Source: Malacoraja senta
Lineage: Eukaryota
NCBI GenBank assembly: GCA_038087875.1
Contig: CM075978.1
Location: 75,144,001-75,208,000, forward strand
Direction: 5' to 3'
Length of the DNA stretch: 64,000 nucleotides
Within the stretch, counting starts at the first letter, position 1; the number at the start of each line of letters is the position of its first letter. The position numbers were made by a program, and so were the translations under genes. The notes under the pieces are model-generated. The model worked only from the letters and a program-made list of their open reading frames with translations, had not been told where the DNA came from and made no database searches. This document shows, piece by piece, positions 52,965 through 64,000 of this stretch.

Positions 52965-53200
52965 GTTAATCAAGTTGTTGTAAAATATTTCATTGCACAA
53001 TTTTTAAGAGTTGGGGAAATATCCCCAGTGCCCTGGCCTGTATTTACCCCTCAGTCAGTATCGCTAAAAAGCAAATTATCTGGTAATTATCACGCTGCCG
53101 CTTGTGAAGATTTGATGTTTGCAAATTAGCTAACTATTTCCTAAGTTACAACAGTGACTACATTTCAAAATTGACTAAAATCTGCTTTGGGACACAGAAA
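52965..53200 (+). mobile_element. Deu-SINE core and 3' part
   Basis: ccctggcctgtatttacccctca...attatctggtaattatcac...tttcctaagttacaacagtgactaca resembles the Deu domain. Confidence 0.7.
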
Positions 53201-53630
53201 GAGATGCACGTGGAACTCTTTCTGTCATTACACTTCACCAGCATTCTTTCGTCCAAGATACTCCCAGGAAGCTACCTATTGGAGCTACCTTTTGTCCTAA
53301 TATTCCCTTGAATAGCTTATGAATGGTCCTTTAAAACACCTTGTAATGTTGTTACATCAATGCACGATGGTGTTGCTGTTCACCCATCATTGCACATTTG
53401 CTCATTCCAAGCCAGATAGATCATATCAGATTCCGTCCCCAAATACAGATCCTTCCATGAGCCCAATTTAGGGTTAGTTCAATTTAGCAGCACGGGAAAC
53501 AGGCCCTTCAGCCATATTTGTCTCCATCTGTATAGCTCTAACCAAATAATTTCAAAGTGATGTTTGTTAATACTATTAAAAATTGTTTTAGCGACATACA
53601 TCTTTGAAGAAACTTTCATTATTTCTGTAA

Positions 53631-53955
53631 GTTTAGTTTAGTTTAGAGATACAGCATGGAAACAGGCCCTTCAGTCCAACGAGTCTGCACCGACCAGCAA
53701 TCCTCACACTCTAACGCTATCCTACACACAGTAGGATTTACACTTAATTGACAATTTACACTTATATCAAGCCAATTAACCTACAAACCTGTACATCTTT
53801 GGAATGTGGAAAGAAACCTAACATCTCAGAGGAAACCCACGCGGTCGCAGGGAGAACGGACAAACTCTGTACAGACAGCACCCGTAGTCAGAATCGAACC
53901 CGGGTCTACTGCCGCTGTAAGGCAGCAACTTTACCGCTGCACCACCGTGCCGCCC
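53631..53955 (-). mobile_element. HE1-like V-SINE
   Basis: Reverse full-length copy. Confidence 0.92.
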
Positions 53956-55358
53956 TTCGTGGGTATCTGAGATCAACTCTTCCCACTCTGTCCATCTCGT
54001 CCAATTTTCTTTCAATCACCCATCCCAATATAATGAATTCTTATCTAAAGGATTTCATTTCAAATCAGATGAAACATAAATTTGATAAACATATGAGCAT
54101 TATAAACAGCCAATTATATTAACAACATATTAAATTGTAAATACTTTGGGGAAATCCCTTTTTTCTCCTCTTTTGCACTTCGATACATATCATGTATTCT
54201 TCACAGACAATTAGCTTTGGAAACTTGTCCTTTGGTTGCTTTCCCTCAGTCTCTAATGCATGATTATTTGAAAAAAGGAATGAAACAAAAACGCAAAACA
54301 CAATAACTCATTACAACTTTCGGTCTATCTAGCAATTTAATCGAGGGGGAGTAGAGTAGGACTTCTGCTAGTTGTTTTTTTTATACCTTAATATTTCACA
54401 GAATAAACAAAAACAGAAAAGAAAAAACGACAGTGATTATTGGCTGCAATGCCAACAGTTTCCCATTGCTTTGAAAAATAAAATCTCTAATTATTAAATT
54501 CTAGAAAGAAGCCCAAAAACTCAAAACACATGTTAAAATTGCTTAATTCAATATTTTAAATTGAAAAATCCAATTGTTGAAACAGAAAGTTTTACAATTA
54601 GATTACACAAAATGTTCCGCTATCTATCTTAATTTTCTGTTAGCAAGCATTGAGTTTTGTCCTCCAAATGTTGTTGCTCCTTACATTTTTATGCCAATTC
54701 ACTTTATTCTGATGCTGCATAGAAGCCAAGTGTCTCTGGATATTTTCTTGTCTCAAACCAATGTCATCACTCATGAGACTGTAACCTCTATCCAAGTAAA
54801 GTGCTTTCCACAGACGCGCACACAGAGCCTCACAAACGCTGGATGTTTATTCAATCACCACAACAAAACTTCCTTGCAATGAGATTAGAATCTCTCACTG
54901 GTGTATGGTTATCACCCAGCCACCCACATTTCTGTAACAGTGACTGGCCAGCACTGTAACAACAGGCAGATAGAAATTAAAATGTATTAACTTATTGAAG
55001 ACTGTTAACTTAACCTAGCATTCATTCTGAGGTCTGACTGAGACAGTTAAAGAAGCTACTTTTGAGAAGCCAAGTGACAAGCCATTTTGTTCTTTTGTTG
55101 TGGAGAAGTGTGACATCACATACCATTATACAAATAACAGAATAGGACCAGAAGCAACACTGTGTTCATCAATGAGGCCAGGAATTAAGAGCTGCAAAGA
55201 AGCTTTTTTTAAATTTTTACTTGCCTTATTAAACAGTAACATGGAATCAGCACACACTACACATACAGATATAGGCAAACCTATCGAGACACAAATCAAC
55301 CAAGTTACAAATACCTGGCCAGTCGCTCCCTCCAACAAGGGTGTAATTGTCAAATTCA

Positions 55359-55635
55359 GCAGAAAAAAGCAGCAATTGGATTTGGATTAAAAGGAAAGAC
55401 AACAATTGGGCTGCAAGATGAAGACAGGAGGGGGGGTGTACCTGGGACACCAGGTATCACCGTTGAGCCCTCTGGAGACGATGTGGGCCTATCAATGAAA
55501 CGTCAAAGAAGGAGGGTGCCCACCTGATGACCCCGATGACGTACCTACCCGACCTTTCACCACTCCAATCCCACTGCCAATATCAAAAGTGCCGACTTAC
55601 TACAGGGATTGAAACATCAAGTCCTATTAGCTCTA
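55359..55635 (+). mobile_element. Hero-like (R2 group) non-LTR retrotransposon 3' end
   Basis: My translation AEKSSNWIWIKRKDNNWAAR* (55359-55421), then a UTR with ggagggtgcccacctgatgacccc, as remembered for fish HERO elements. Confidence 0.55.
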
Positions 55636-55639
55636 CTAA

Positions 55640-56810
55640 TTGGAATTATTTGAGGATGTAACAAGTAGAATGGATAAGGGAGAGCCAGTGGATGTGGTAT
55701 ATCTGGACTTTCAAAAAGCCTTTGACAATATCCCACACAAGAGATTAGTGTGCAAAATTAGAGCACATAGTATTGGGAGTAGGGTATTGACATGGATAGA
55801 GAACTGGTTGGCAGACAGGAACTAAAGAGTAGGAATTAACGGGTCCTTTTCAAAAAGGCAGGCAGTGACTAGTGGGGTGCCACACGGCTCAGTGTCGGGA
55901 CCCCAGTCGTTTGCAATATATATTAACGATTTAGACGAGGGAATTAAATGTAACCTCTCTAAGTTTGCGGTGGCCGTGTGAGCTGCGAGGAGGATGCTAT
56001 GAGGCTGCAGGATGACTTGGATAGGTTGGGTGATTGGGCAGAAGCATGGCAGATGCAGTATAATGTGGATAAATGTGAGGTTATCCACTTTGGTGGCAAG
56101 AACAGGAAGGCAGATTATTATCTGGTGTCAGATTAAGAGAAGGGGAGGTGTAACGAGACCTGGGTGTGCTTGTACATCAGTCACTGAAAGTAAGCATGCG
56201 GGTACAGCAGGCAGTGAAGAAAGGCAATGGCATGTTGGCCTTCATTTCGAGAGGATTTGAGTTTAGGAGCAAGGAGGTCCTACTGCAGTTGTACAGGGCC
56301 CTGGTGAGACCGCACCTGGAGTATTGTGTGCAATTTTGGTCTCCTAATTTGAGTAAGGACATTCTTGCTATTGAGGGAGTGCAGCGTAGGCTCACCAGGT
56401 TATTTCCTGGGATGGCGAGACTGACGTATGATGAAAGAATCGGTCGACTGAGCTTGTATTCGCTGGAATTTAGGATGAGAGGGGATCTTATAGAAAAATA
56501 TAAACTTCTTAGAGGATTGGACAGGGTTGATGCAGGAAAAACGTTCCCGATGTTGGGGGAGTCCAGAACCAGGGGTCACAGTTTAAGAATAAGGGGTAGG
56601 CCATTTAGGACTGAGATGAGGAAAAACCTTTTCACCCATAGTTGTGAATCTGTGGAATTCTCTGCCACAGAAGGCAGTGGAGGCCAATTCACTGGATGTT
56701 TTCAAGAGAGAGTTAGATTTAGCTCTTCAGGTTAACGGAATCGAGGGATATGGGGAGAAAGCCGGAACGGGGTACTGATTTTGGATGTACCTGTTTTCTG
56801 TTTCTATGTT
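55640..56810 (+). mobile_element. CR1/HER1-like LINE (RT through 3' UTR), frameshifted
   Basis: VDVVYLDFQKAFD; LYRALVRPHLEYCVQFWSP; same subfamily as 2501-3397. Confidence 0.96.
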
Positions 56811-57762
56811 TAATTACAAGTTGTTTGCTTCTCCCTCAAAACAATTAATTTTATCATCTGCAAATGCATGAGTTTTTATTTGTGTTTCAAAATTCACATA
56901 ACGTTTCCTACATTACTATTTTAAAAATTCTCCCCTCTACTAGGCAGTCTCCCATCGCTCCAATTTTGTGGGTTCTCAGGTGGCCAATGGTCTGATGTGG
57001 CCAATGCCTCCATTTTTAGTAGCAGCTGGGACATTCATTTGCAATAGAGTGAAGGACTTTCTAACTATGGTCTTTGCCATACAGTTTTCGTGGCAACTTT
57101 AATAAGCCTCTAGGCATCCCTCTTCAACATAGGACGTCACAACAGTGATCCTTGGTGTTTGCGTGTTACGGAAAGCAGCAACGCACTATGGTAGCAATCA
57201 GGATTATGCCCCCATTGACTGCATTTTTCCTCCTTACTTTGGAGACTTATATGGACACAATGCATTTTCAATCTCCAGACAAAACTGAAATTGCTACGGC
57301 CATGGATCAAGTGCTGGGATTACTAACGGTGGGTGTTGAGAGTTATCCTAGACATGTTGGGCTGAACGGCCTGTTTCTGTGCAATATGACGATATGAAAA
57401 CGAATGGAGTCACTGCTTTAGCACAAGAGGACGATATGGATCACACCAGCCACTCAAATCATACATGGAGGGCACTCTGCTGATAACTAGGTTCTTTCCC
57501 ACAATCAAGAGTGGTGCTGCCATAATCTCATCTTCTGCTTCACTCTACCTCTCACAGCTCTGCTTCACCCTACCTCTCCCTACCTCTCACAGCTCTGTAT
57601 TGTTGGTACATGGCAGATAAAGTCATGGAGGCCTACAGCACATAAATGGCCCCTTCCATCCACCGTTTTGCCCATCTATATGAATATCATTTGCCTGCAT
57701 AGTTTGGCTTCTCTGATGATTATTCCCACCATCATAATGCAAAGAGATGTGACAAATCAATA

Positions 57763-57887
57763 ATGTTTAATGTTTTATGTATCATTCATAACTGTCACTG
57801 TATGTCATGTTGTCACTTGTGGGCGGAGCACCAAGGCAAATTCCTTGTATGTGAATACTTGGCCAATAAACTTATTCATTCATTCAT
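57763..57887 (+). mobile_element. ~125-bp LINE-tail-like repeat (second copy at 58864-58992)
   Basis: Near-identical copies ending aataaactt followed by attc-type repeats. Confidence 0.8.
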
Positions 57888-57931
57888 TGAAGTGGAGCAA
57901 GGATCGATCAGTTGGACCAAATGCCAAAGAA

Positions 57932-58143
57932 GCGTAGGAAGGAACTGCAGATGCTGGTTTAAATCGAAGATAGACACAAAATGCTGGAACATTTCTGGAG
58001 AGAAAGAATGGGTGACGTTTCGGGTCGAGCCCCTTCTTCAGACTTCTTCTGAAAAAGGGTCTCAACCCAAAATGTCACCCATTCCTTCTTCCCAGAGATG
58101 CTGCCTGTCCAGCTGAGTTGCTCCAGCATTTTGTTTCTATCAT
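57932..58143. mobile_element. Inverted Penelope pLTR pair with 14-bp TSD
   Basis: TSD caaatgccaaagaa at 57918-57931 and 58144-58157; intact hammerhead core on minus (~58010-58044). Confidence 0.9.
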
Positions 58144-58220
58144 CAAATGCCAAAGAATATGGCCTTGCTTTTGCTGCAATTAGCTTTGGTCCTGAAGGCC
58201 AGTCTGAAATGGCATCAGAA

Positions 58221-58503
58221 GGGGTGGCAGAGTAGAACAGTGATAGAGTTGCTGTCTTACAGTGCCAGAGAACCCGGGTTCAATACTGACTACAGGTGCT
58301 GTCAGCAGGGAGTTTGTACGTTCTCCCCGTGACCTGCGTGGGTTTTCTCCGTGATCTCCAGTTTCCTCCGACATTCCAAAGACATACTGGTTTGTAAGTT
58401 AAATGGCTTGGTAAAGTTGTAAATTGTCCTTGGGGTGTATAGGATAGTGTAAGTGTGCCGAAGGGCCTGTTGCTGTGCTGTATCTCTAAACTAAACTAAA
58501 ACT
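58221..58503 (+). mobile_element. Diverged HE1-like V-SINE
   Basis: V-domain and (ctaaa)n tail. Confidence 0.88.
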
Positions 58504-61157
58504 ATAATGCCAAATCTAGGGACTGACAGGTCATTCATATATATAGAGCTTTGAGTGCCTCTGCTCCCTGAAATAGGCACTGCTTAGCAGAATGAGGAAT
58601 AACCAACCTATCACCATGACTGGGCTGTAGTTTCAAACCGACCAGCCATGTTCCCTGTCATGATCCATACGGTGAGAAAAAGCATCCAGAAAAAAAGATT
58701 AGCTTAAGAGAAAAGTAATCCATCTATAATGAAAGTGACAATAATAACATTAGCCAGAACATTACTGATCCTGATTCTATTGAACTATATTCACCGCGGC
58801 CATTAATGGTGATATATTTATTCCATTCCTGTCATTGCAGGTCTGTAACCAAGTGCCTGAGTTATGTTTAATGTTTTATGTGTCATTCCTAACTGTCACT
58901 GTATGTCATGTTGTCACTTGCGGGCGGAGCACCAAGGCAAATTCCTTGTATGTGAATACTTGGCCAATAAACTTATTAATTAATTCATTCATCCAGCCCA
59001 TCTAGTTCATCCCTATCACAGCATGCAGAATAGGACCCTCACTGTGAAAGGTAAGGTTGAGAGGGAAACATATGCAAGTGGGTCCAGCTGAGTGGGGCAT
59101 CTTGATCAACATGAACAAGTTGGGCAGAACAGCCTGTGTCTGTGGTGTATGCTCTATAACAGGCTTGAAGGGATAAATGACATAAACTTATACTGTAAAC
59201 ACAGAACATTTCATTGCAAAATGTGCCAAATAATTAAATTCTATATTAGACACAAGATTTAAACTTCATGAATCTGGAAAACGAATTTGCAAGGAGATTA
59301 CAAAAGTATAGCGTTATCACTTATTTCAAAGAAGCAGCTGAAAGGTGCGCATCTCCAAGGCCCCAGCTGGCTGTAATTCAACTTCTTGCCCGCATTTCCA
59401 TGTTTAAAATAGGTCCTGTGGAGCAGCCCTGCGGCCCTGCAGCATGCAACAGTTGTAGCTGCATAGGCCCACTGTGCAGCCAACGATTACGACTGACTGT
59501 CCTTTCACTAGCTTTCAAAAAAAAACTTTCATCTTTTTTTATATTGAAAAAAAAAAGTCCATTGCCAGCCAACTCCTGAAGCAAAATTGCAACAAATCTG
59601 AAGGGTCTGGCAGCCAGGAAGCAAATTCTCTCTTAACAAGAGGCTCAGATTTGGGACACCTGAAGAACGTTAAAAAGAAAGGCCAGTTGCACGTTAAAAG
59701 TTTTAATTACAATTTTAAAAAATGTAAGTCAAGGCATATTTGCTTGTTGGTGCTGATTACACTTCCACGGTAGTTATTTCTTTTGTCTACTTTCACTGAA
59801 GCCACGCCAGCCTGAAACCTCATTTATTCTGATGAAAACCAAGCAGCAGACACTTAAGTGGCAGCTAAAAGTGCCACTCTCAGACAGCCGACTGCCTGCC
59901 TCATGCTTATAATAGTTAAACATGTCAAAGATTAGGAGCGGACATTTTGTGAAAATGATGAGAAACAGGACACCGAAGGTGCAGTTTCAAAATTGTTTCT
60001 CAGAACCTGCAGAAATTCCAAAATCAGCCCTGAACAAAAATGCCAACAGTGACCTTTACAACTCCCACCGCAGCGCCCATTGTGTGAGGTGGGGTTTAGA
60101 ATGTACTCACAATTACGTACTGGTCTCCAATCTAAACTATTATTTCTATTGTTACAATAATAAAGCAAATTAAGTGGGATTGGATGGGCAATATCTTCCC
60201 TCAAAAGTACAGGGCATTTTGAAAATACAAGCTGCGTCGATCAGGTATCATTTATTGCTCTGGGCTAATCAGAATTAACTTTTTATGGCACACCAAATGA
60301 AAATCATTTAATAATGCAATGTGCACACTTTGGAAATTCCCTTTGTAAACCTCGTCGGCCTCTTTGAACATAAACCACGGAACAGAAACTGGCAAACAAC
60401 GCTGTTTACTGATAGTGAGAAAGAAAATCGCTGCTGTACAAACTACAAAAACAGAAGACATTTCAGTCCATCGAGTCCACATGGCTTTTGGTATAGCAAT
60501 CCCATCAGTCACGTATTCTCCTGCAACCACGCAACCTATTGTCTTTCACATGACCACTTCTCTTTTTTTCTTTCGCAATTTACCCACATTAAGGGCAATT
60601 CACAGTAAACTAAGTAGGCTAAGCCTTTGTGGTGTGAGAGTAACTTGGAGAACCCGGAAGATACAGGGAAAATGTGCAAGTTCTGCACAGATGGTACCGA
60701 CGATATGGATCGAACCTGCCGGTTCCCTGGAACGGTGTGGAAGCAGTATTAACTGCAACTATGTGCTTCCATGAAAGAGACTGCTGTTGAAAGCAAAGCA
60801 GCAGCCTCATCAAGTGTGTCTGGACACATTTAAAGATGTTAATTCTAATACATTTGCCAAACATCAAATCTTTCATAGAACTCTTTGTGGTCTATGGGTT
60901 GTGCCCAGGGCACCTGGACAATATTAGACTGCCTTTGAAAGATTATCAACTCAATCAAAGGCACGTTTTGGTCGGCCTAAAGTTTGCTGTGTGCCCACAG
61001 CAAGGAGCTGACCACAAGTGAATGTTGCATGCAGGCAAATTCCAAGGTGCTGAGGATTTCACTGAAGTTTGGTGCCAACTCCACAATATCTTCCTGATAT
61101 TGCACAAAGAGTGACTGGAACCTCCGTAAAACCCTTCAAGCTTAATGCTAATAGTAA

Positions 61158-61383
61158 AACGCCTGTCCCACTTGCCGATTTTATTTCGGCGACTGCTGGC
61201 GTCATATCAGGGTTGGCAAAAGATTTTGAATATTTCAAAATCCAGTGGTGACAAAAAAATGTTGCGACGCTTGAAAAAACACCGCGCGTCATACGTCGTC
61301 ACGCCGCAAATTTTTCGGTGACCTGATACGTCAGTCAATGATGCCGGCAGTCGCCGAAAAAATCGGCAAGTGGGACAGACCCT
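61158..61383. mobile_element. PIF/Harbinger-type MITE (226 bp)
   Basis: TIR ctgtcccacttgccgattt / aaatcggcaagtgggacag; TAA TSD (61155-61157, 61384-61386). Confidence 0.9.
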
Positions 61384-63109
61384 TAAGTGTGTATAAGCAA
61401 AATTGGCCAATATTTCTGTTGAAATATAAACCCTGTAAGCAAAAGGAATACCATCTCTCTTACTGTGAGTGGCAACATATGAATATATTTGCAAATTTTA
61501 TACTTTGGAAAAAAATGTTGAACACTTTTCCTTACGAAAAAAGTTGACTGCCCATAATGATAAAGGTCAATCTGATGATGCTCATTTGTGACCCAGAAAT
61601 CAAGTATCTACAGTGACCTCACTTTGACTGACAGAATGAACAGCACTCTCAATCCCACTCAGAAACTAAAGCTGCAAAAAAACTATCGCTGATTTGACTA
61701 AATGCACAGTGAAATATTTGAGTTGGTAGGAAGCAAAAAAGAGATTCTCACCTATAACAAGGTAAAATGGTTCAAAAACCACTTTCTTTCTATAAAAATT
61801 CACAATTACTGCCCAGCAAATTAGAAGAACTTGACATAAATCATAACAGCACATTCCCACGATTTTCCAAACAATTTATCAACCAATTATGATCTGTAGT
61901 TCCACAGGTTTCTTGATTACCTCCAAATCACTCAACTGAAGTTGAGGCTTTAGGTGCCCAAATCCCGAATTAACACCCTGACCTCTGCTCTCCACCTCAC
62001 TCTCTTCCAAGAGCTACCTTTTTGACTAATCTCACCTCCTCCCTCATATCTCGTTATATGCCTTGGCACAATTTTTTTTTTAATTTGTTTCACGTGTTCC
62101 TGTTGACTTTTGCTGCCTTCTTTCCAAGTGCCGGTAGTAATAGCATTTCTTGCAGTAACGTGGTTGCAAGTGAAGGACAATTTGCAATGATACAATGTCA
62201 ACAATGAAATAAAACTTCCACATTCAGACCGAGCCACAAATGTTGTCCATAACACCAAAGGACTCCCAGCGGCTCTTCGAATAATGCTATGTTATCTTTT
62301 ACAACCAGCTGAACACAATCTAGGCCTTGGCTCGGTACTCTGTTTAAAAGTCAACAACTCGGGCAACTCAGCCCTCCCTCATTTCTGCAGTCAATTGCCT
62401 TCTTCAATAATTTATTCAGGCTTAAACCACAACTTCTTACTCAGTTTCTGTGGTGCCACAGACCAAACCAGGCTGACACAGATTAAAAATGGAGGGAGCA
62501 GGAAAGAAAAAAAAATCCTGGTGTTACCTCCCACATAAAAAGAATGAATAACTGGAATTTTGTGTATATAAGAGTTAGCATACAGACTCAACATCATTCG
62601 CCATCTGTGCAGCAGATTGTACATTTTCTATAAGGATTGAAAGCAGATAGTGCACATAAGGTTTATAAGTTGTGACAAACTGGATTTCTGGCTGCCTTCC
62701 TGACAGGAACTAGCCCTATAAAAAATAGTGCTATCAAATCCCCATTCTCCAAGAGCAAATAGGTTCACCGTACATTGGTTGTGGTTGTGGTTGGGGGTTG
62801 GCAGGGAGTGTTAAATGTTGCTACTTTCATGATAGTTAGTGCACTAAGCACTCTGCATCAAGGGGACGTTACACTTTCCAAGCAGCAAACACTGAGAAAG
62901 TATTAACAGGTTTGATCACAGCCTTGAAAAATAATGCAAAGTAGAATAGAGCCCTGTTCTGTGGAATGGGTCAAGACCAACCAAAGGCTTGCACCTAACA
63001 ACGCTCAAGAGTTGTCAGGAATGGCACATGACAACAATATGCTTCTCTCCCAATTACTTTGCACTGAGATGCATGATATCGCATCTCTGCAGTGAATGGC
63101 TTTCAAATA

Positions 63110-63400
63110 AGATTCTGGAGTTCCAGAACCAGCTGTTATCAGTCAACTGAATCATCCTACCACAACCAGAGGGCAGTGCTAAACTACTATCTACCTCTTT
63201 GGTGACCCTCGGACTATCCTTGATTGGACTTTGCTGGCTTTACCTTGCACTAAACGTTATTCCCTCATCATGTATCTATACACTGTAAATGGATGGATTG
63301 TAATCACGTATTGTCTTTCTGCTGACTGGATAGCACGTAACAAAAGCTTTCCACTGTACCTCGGTCGGTACACGTGACAATACACTAAACTAAACTGACT
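63110..63400 (+). mobile_element. Rex/Babar-type LINE 3' end
   Basis: ccagctgttatcag (ORF end) plus the UTR shared with 29915-30120. Confidence 0.78.
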
Positions 63401-63889
63401 GACTGAGTTTGGTTCTGAATCTGGACAGGCACTCACATCCTGCCAATCCTGTGCGGGATCAATGGAAAACTGATGAACCCAATCTCAATTGTATCTCCAG
63501 GGAGGGGAGGAAGGAGTCACCTTTTCTTTGCTCAAGACCACCTCCTGGTGGAGGAACCCAAATGCAACATTGCCAAACTTCACAGATCACACCACATGTG
63601 AAAACACCATCTCAAGCAAGATACGTTTGTGAAAGGTGCAATGGGAGAGTAATCAAAGCACAAACATTTGATTCACTCTTAAATTTTAAAAATGTAAAGT
63701 ACTTCTTTAATCTGTAACTCTCCCCTTCGTTCCAGTTGCATTTCAGGCTCCATTTCACTATAAACATGGAAATAACATTCTGTGTGATACTTTTTTATAA
63801 TTATTGGTCCGGTGGAGGAATCTGAAACAATAATTCTTGTCCTAAAATCGAACAGCGATGCATTTTCAGAGGACAAATAAAGCTAGGAT

Positions 63890-64000
63890 ATACACATCGA
63901 ATGGTGGGCCCAGGAAGTATTGAGGAACGAAGGGACCTGGTGTATATGTTCAAGGGTCCCACAAGTCAACAGCACAGCTAGATAAGATGGTTAAGAAGGC
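63890..64000 (+). mobile_element. CR1 fragment running off the window
   Basis: gaggaacgaagggacctgg...gataagatggttaagaaggc. Confidence 0.7.

Noticed and set aside
60111-60131. Possible 21-nt minus-strand microexon (TAG|attgga...aatt|GTGAGT)
   Set aside because: No polypyrimidine tract before the AG and a weak exon-side donor.
61570-61636. C/D-box snoRNA-like tgatga...ctga
   Set aside because: Non-canonical C box, marginal terminal stem, no recognisable guide sequence.

Overview
Repeat-rich, largely non-coding vertebrate DNA. The repeat repertoire (HE1-like V-SINEs with a CR1-type tail, HER1/CR1 LINEs, Deu-SINE relics) points to a cartilaginous fish, probably a skate or ray (inference). No complete protein-coding gene is visible; the ORFs I could recognise are retroelement fragments or repeat artefacts. 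Elements present: CR1, Rex1/Babar, RTE, L2 and Hero LINE fragments; Penelope-like elements (PLEs) with GIY-YIG remnants; about 14 short PLE pseudo-LTR inserts, many carrying all or part of a minimal hammerhead-ribozyme motif and 10 with 12-15 bp TSDs; four different PIF/Harbinger-type MITEs sharing a terminal motif; and a young 859-bp fold-back element with a 9-bp TSD and 16/32/64-bp periodicity. Repeat-poor islands carry minus-strand splice and promoter signals (46921 donor, 47-nt exon 40015-40061, promoter/first exon 38876-39680, 20531-21600), suggesting an intron-rich part of a large minus-strand gene that I cannot name. There is a 200-N gap at 19077-19276. Family names come from remembered motifs, not database searches.
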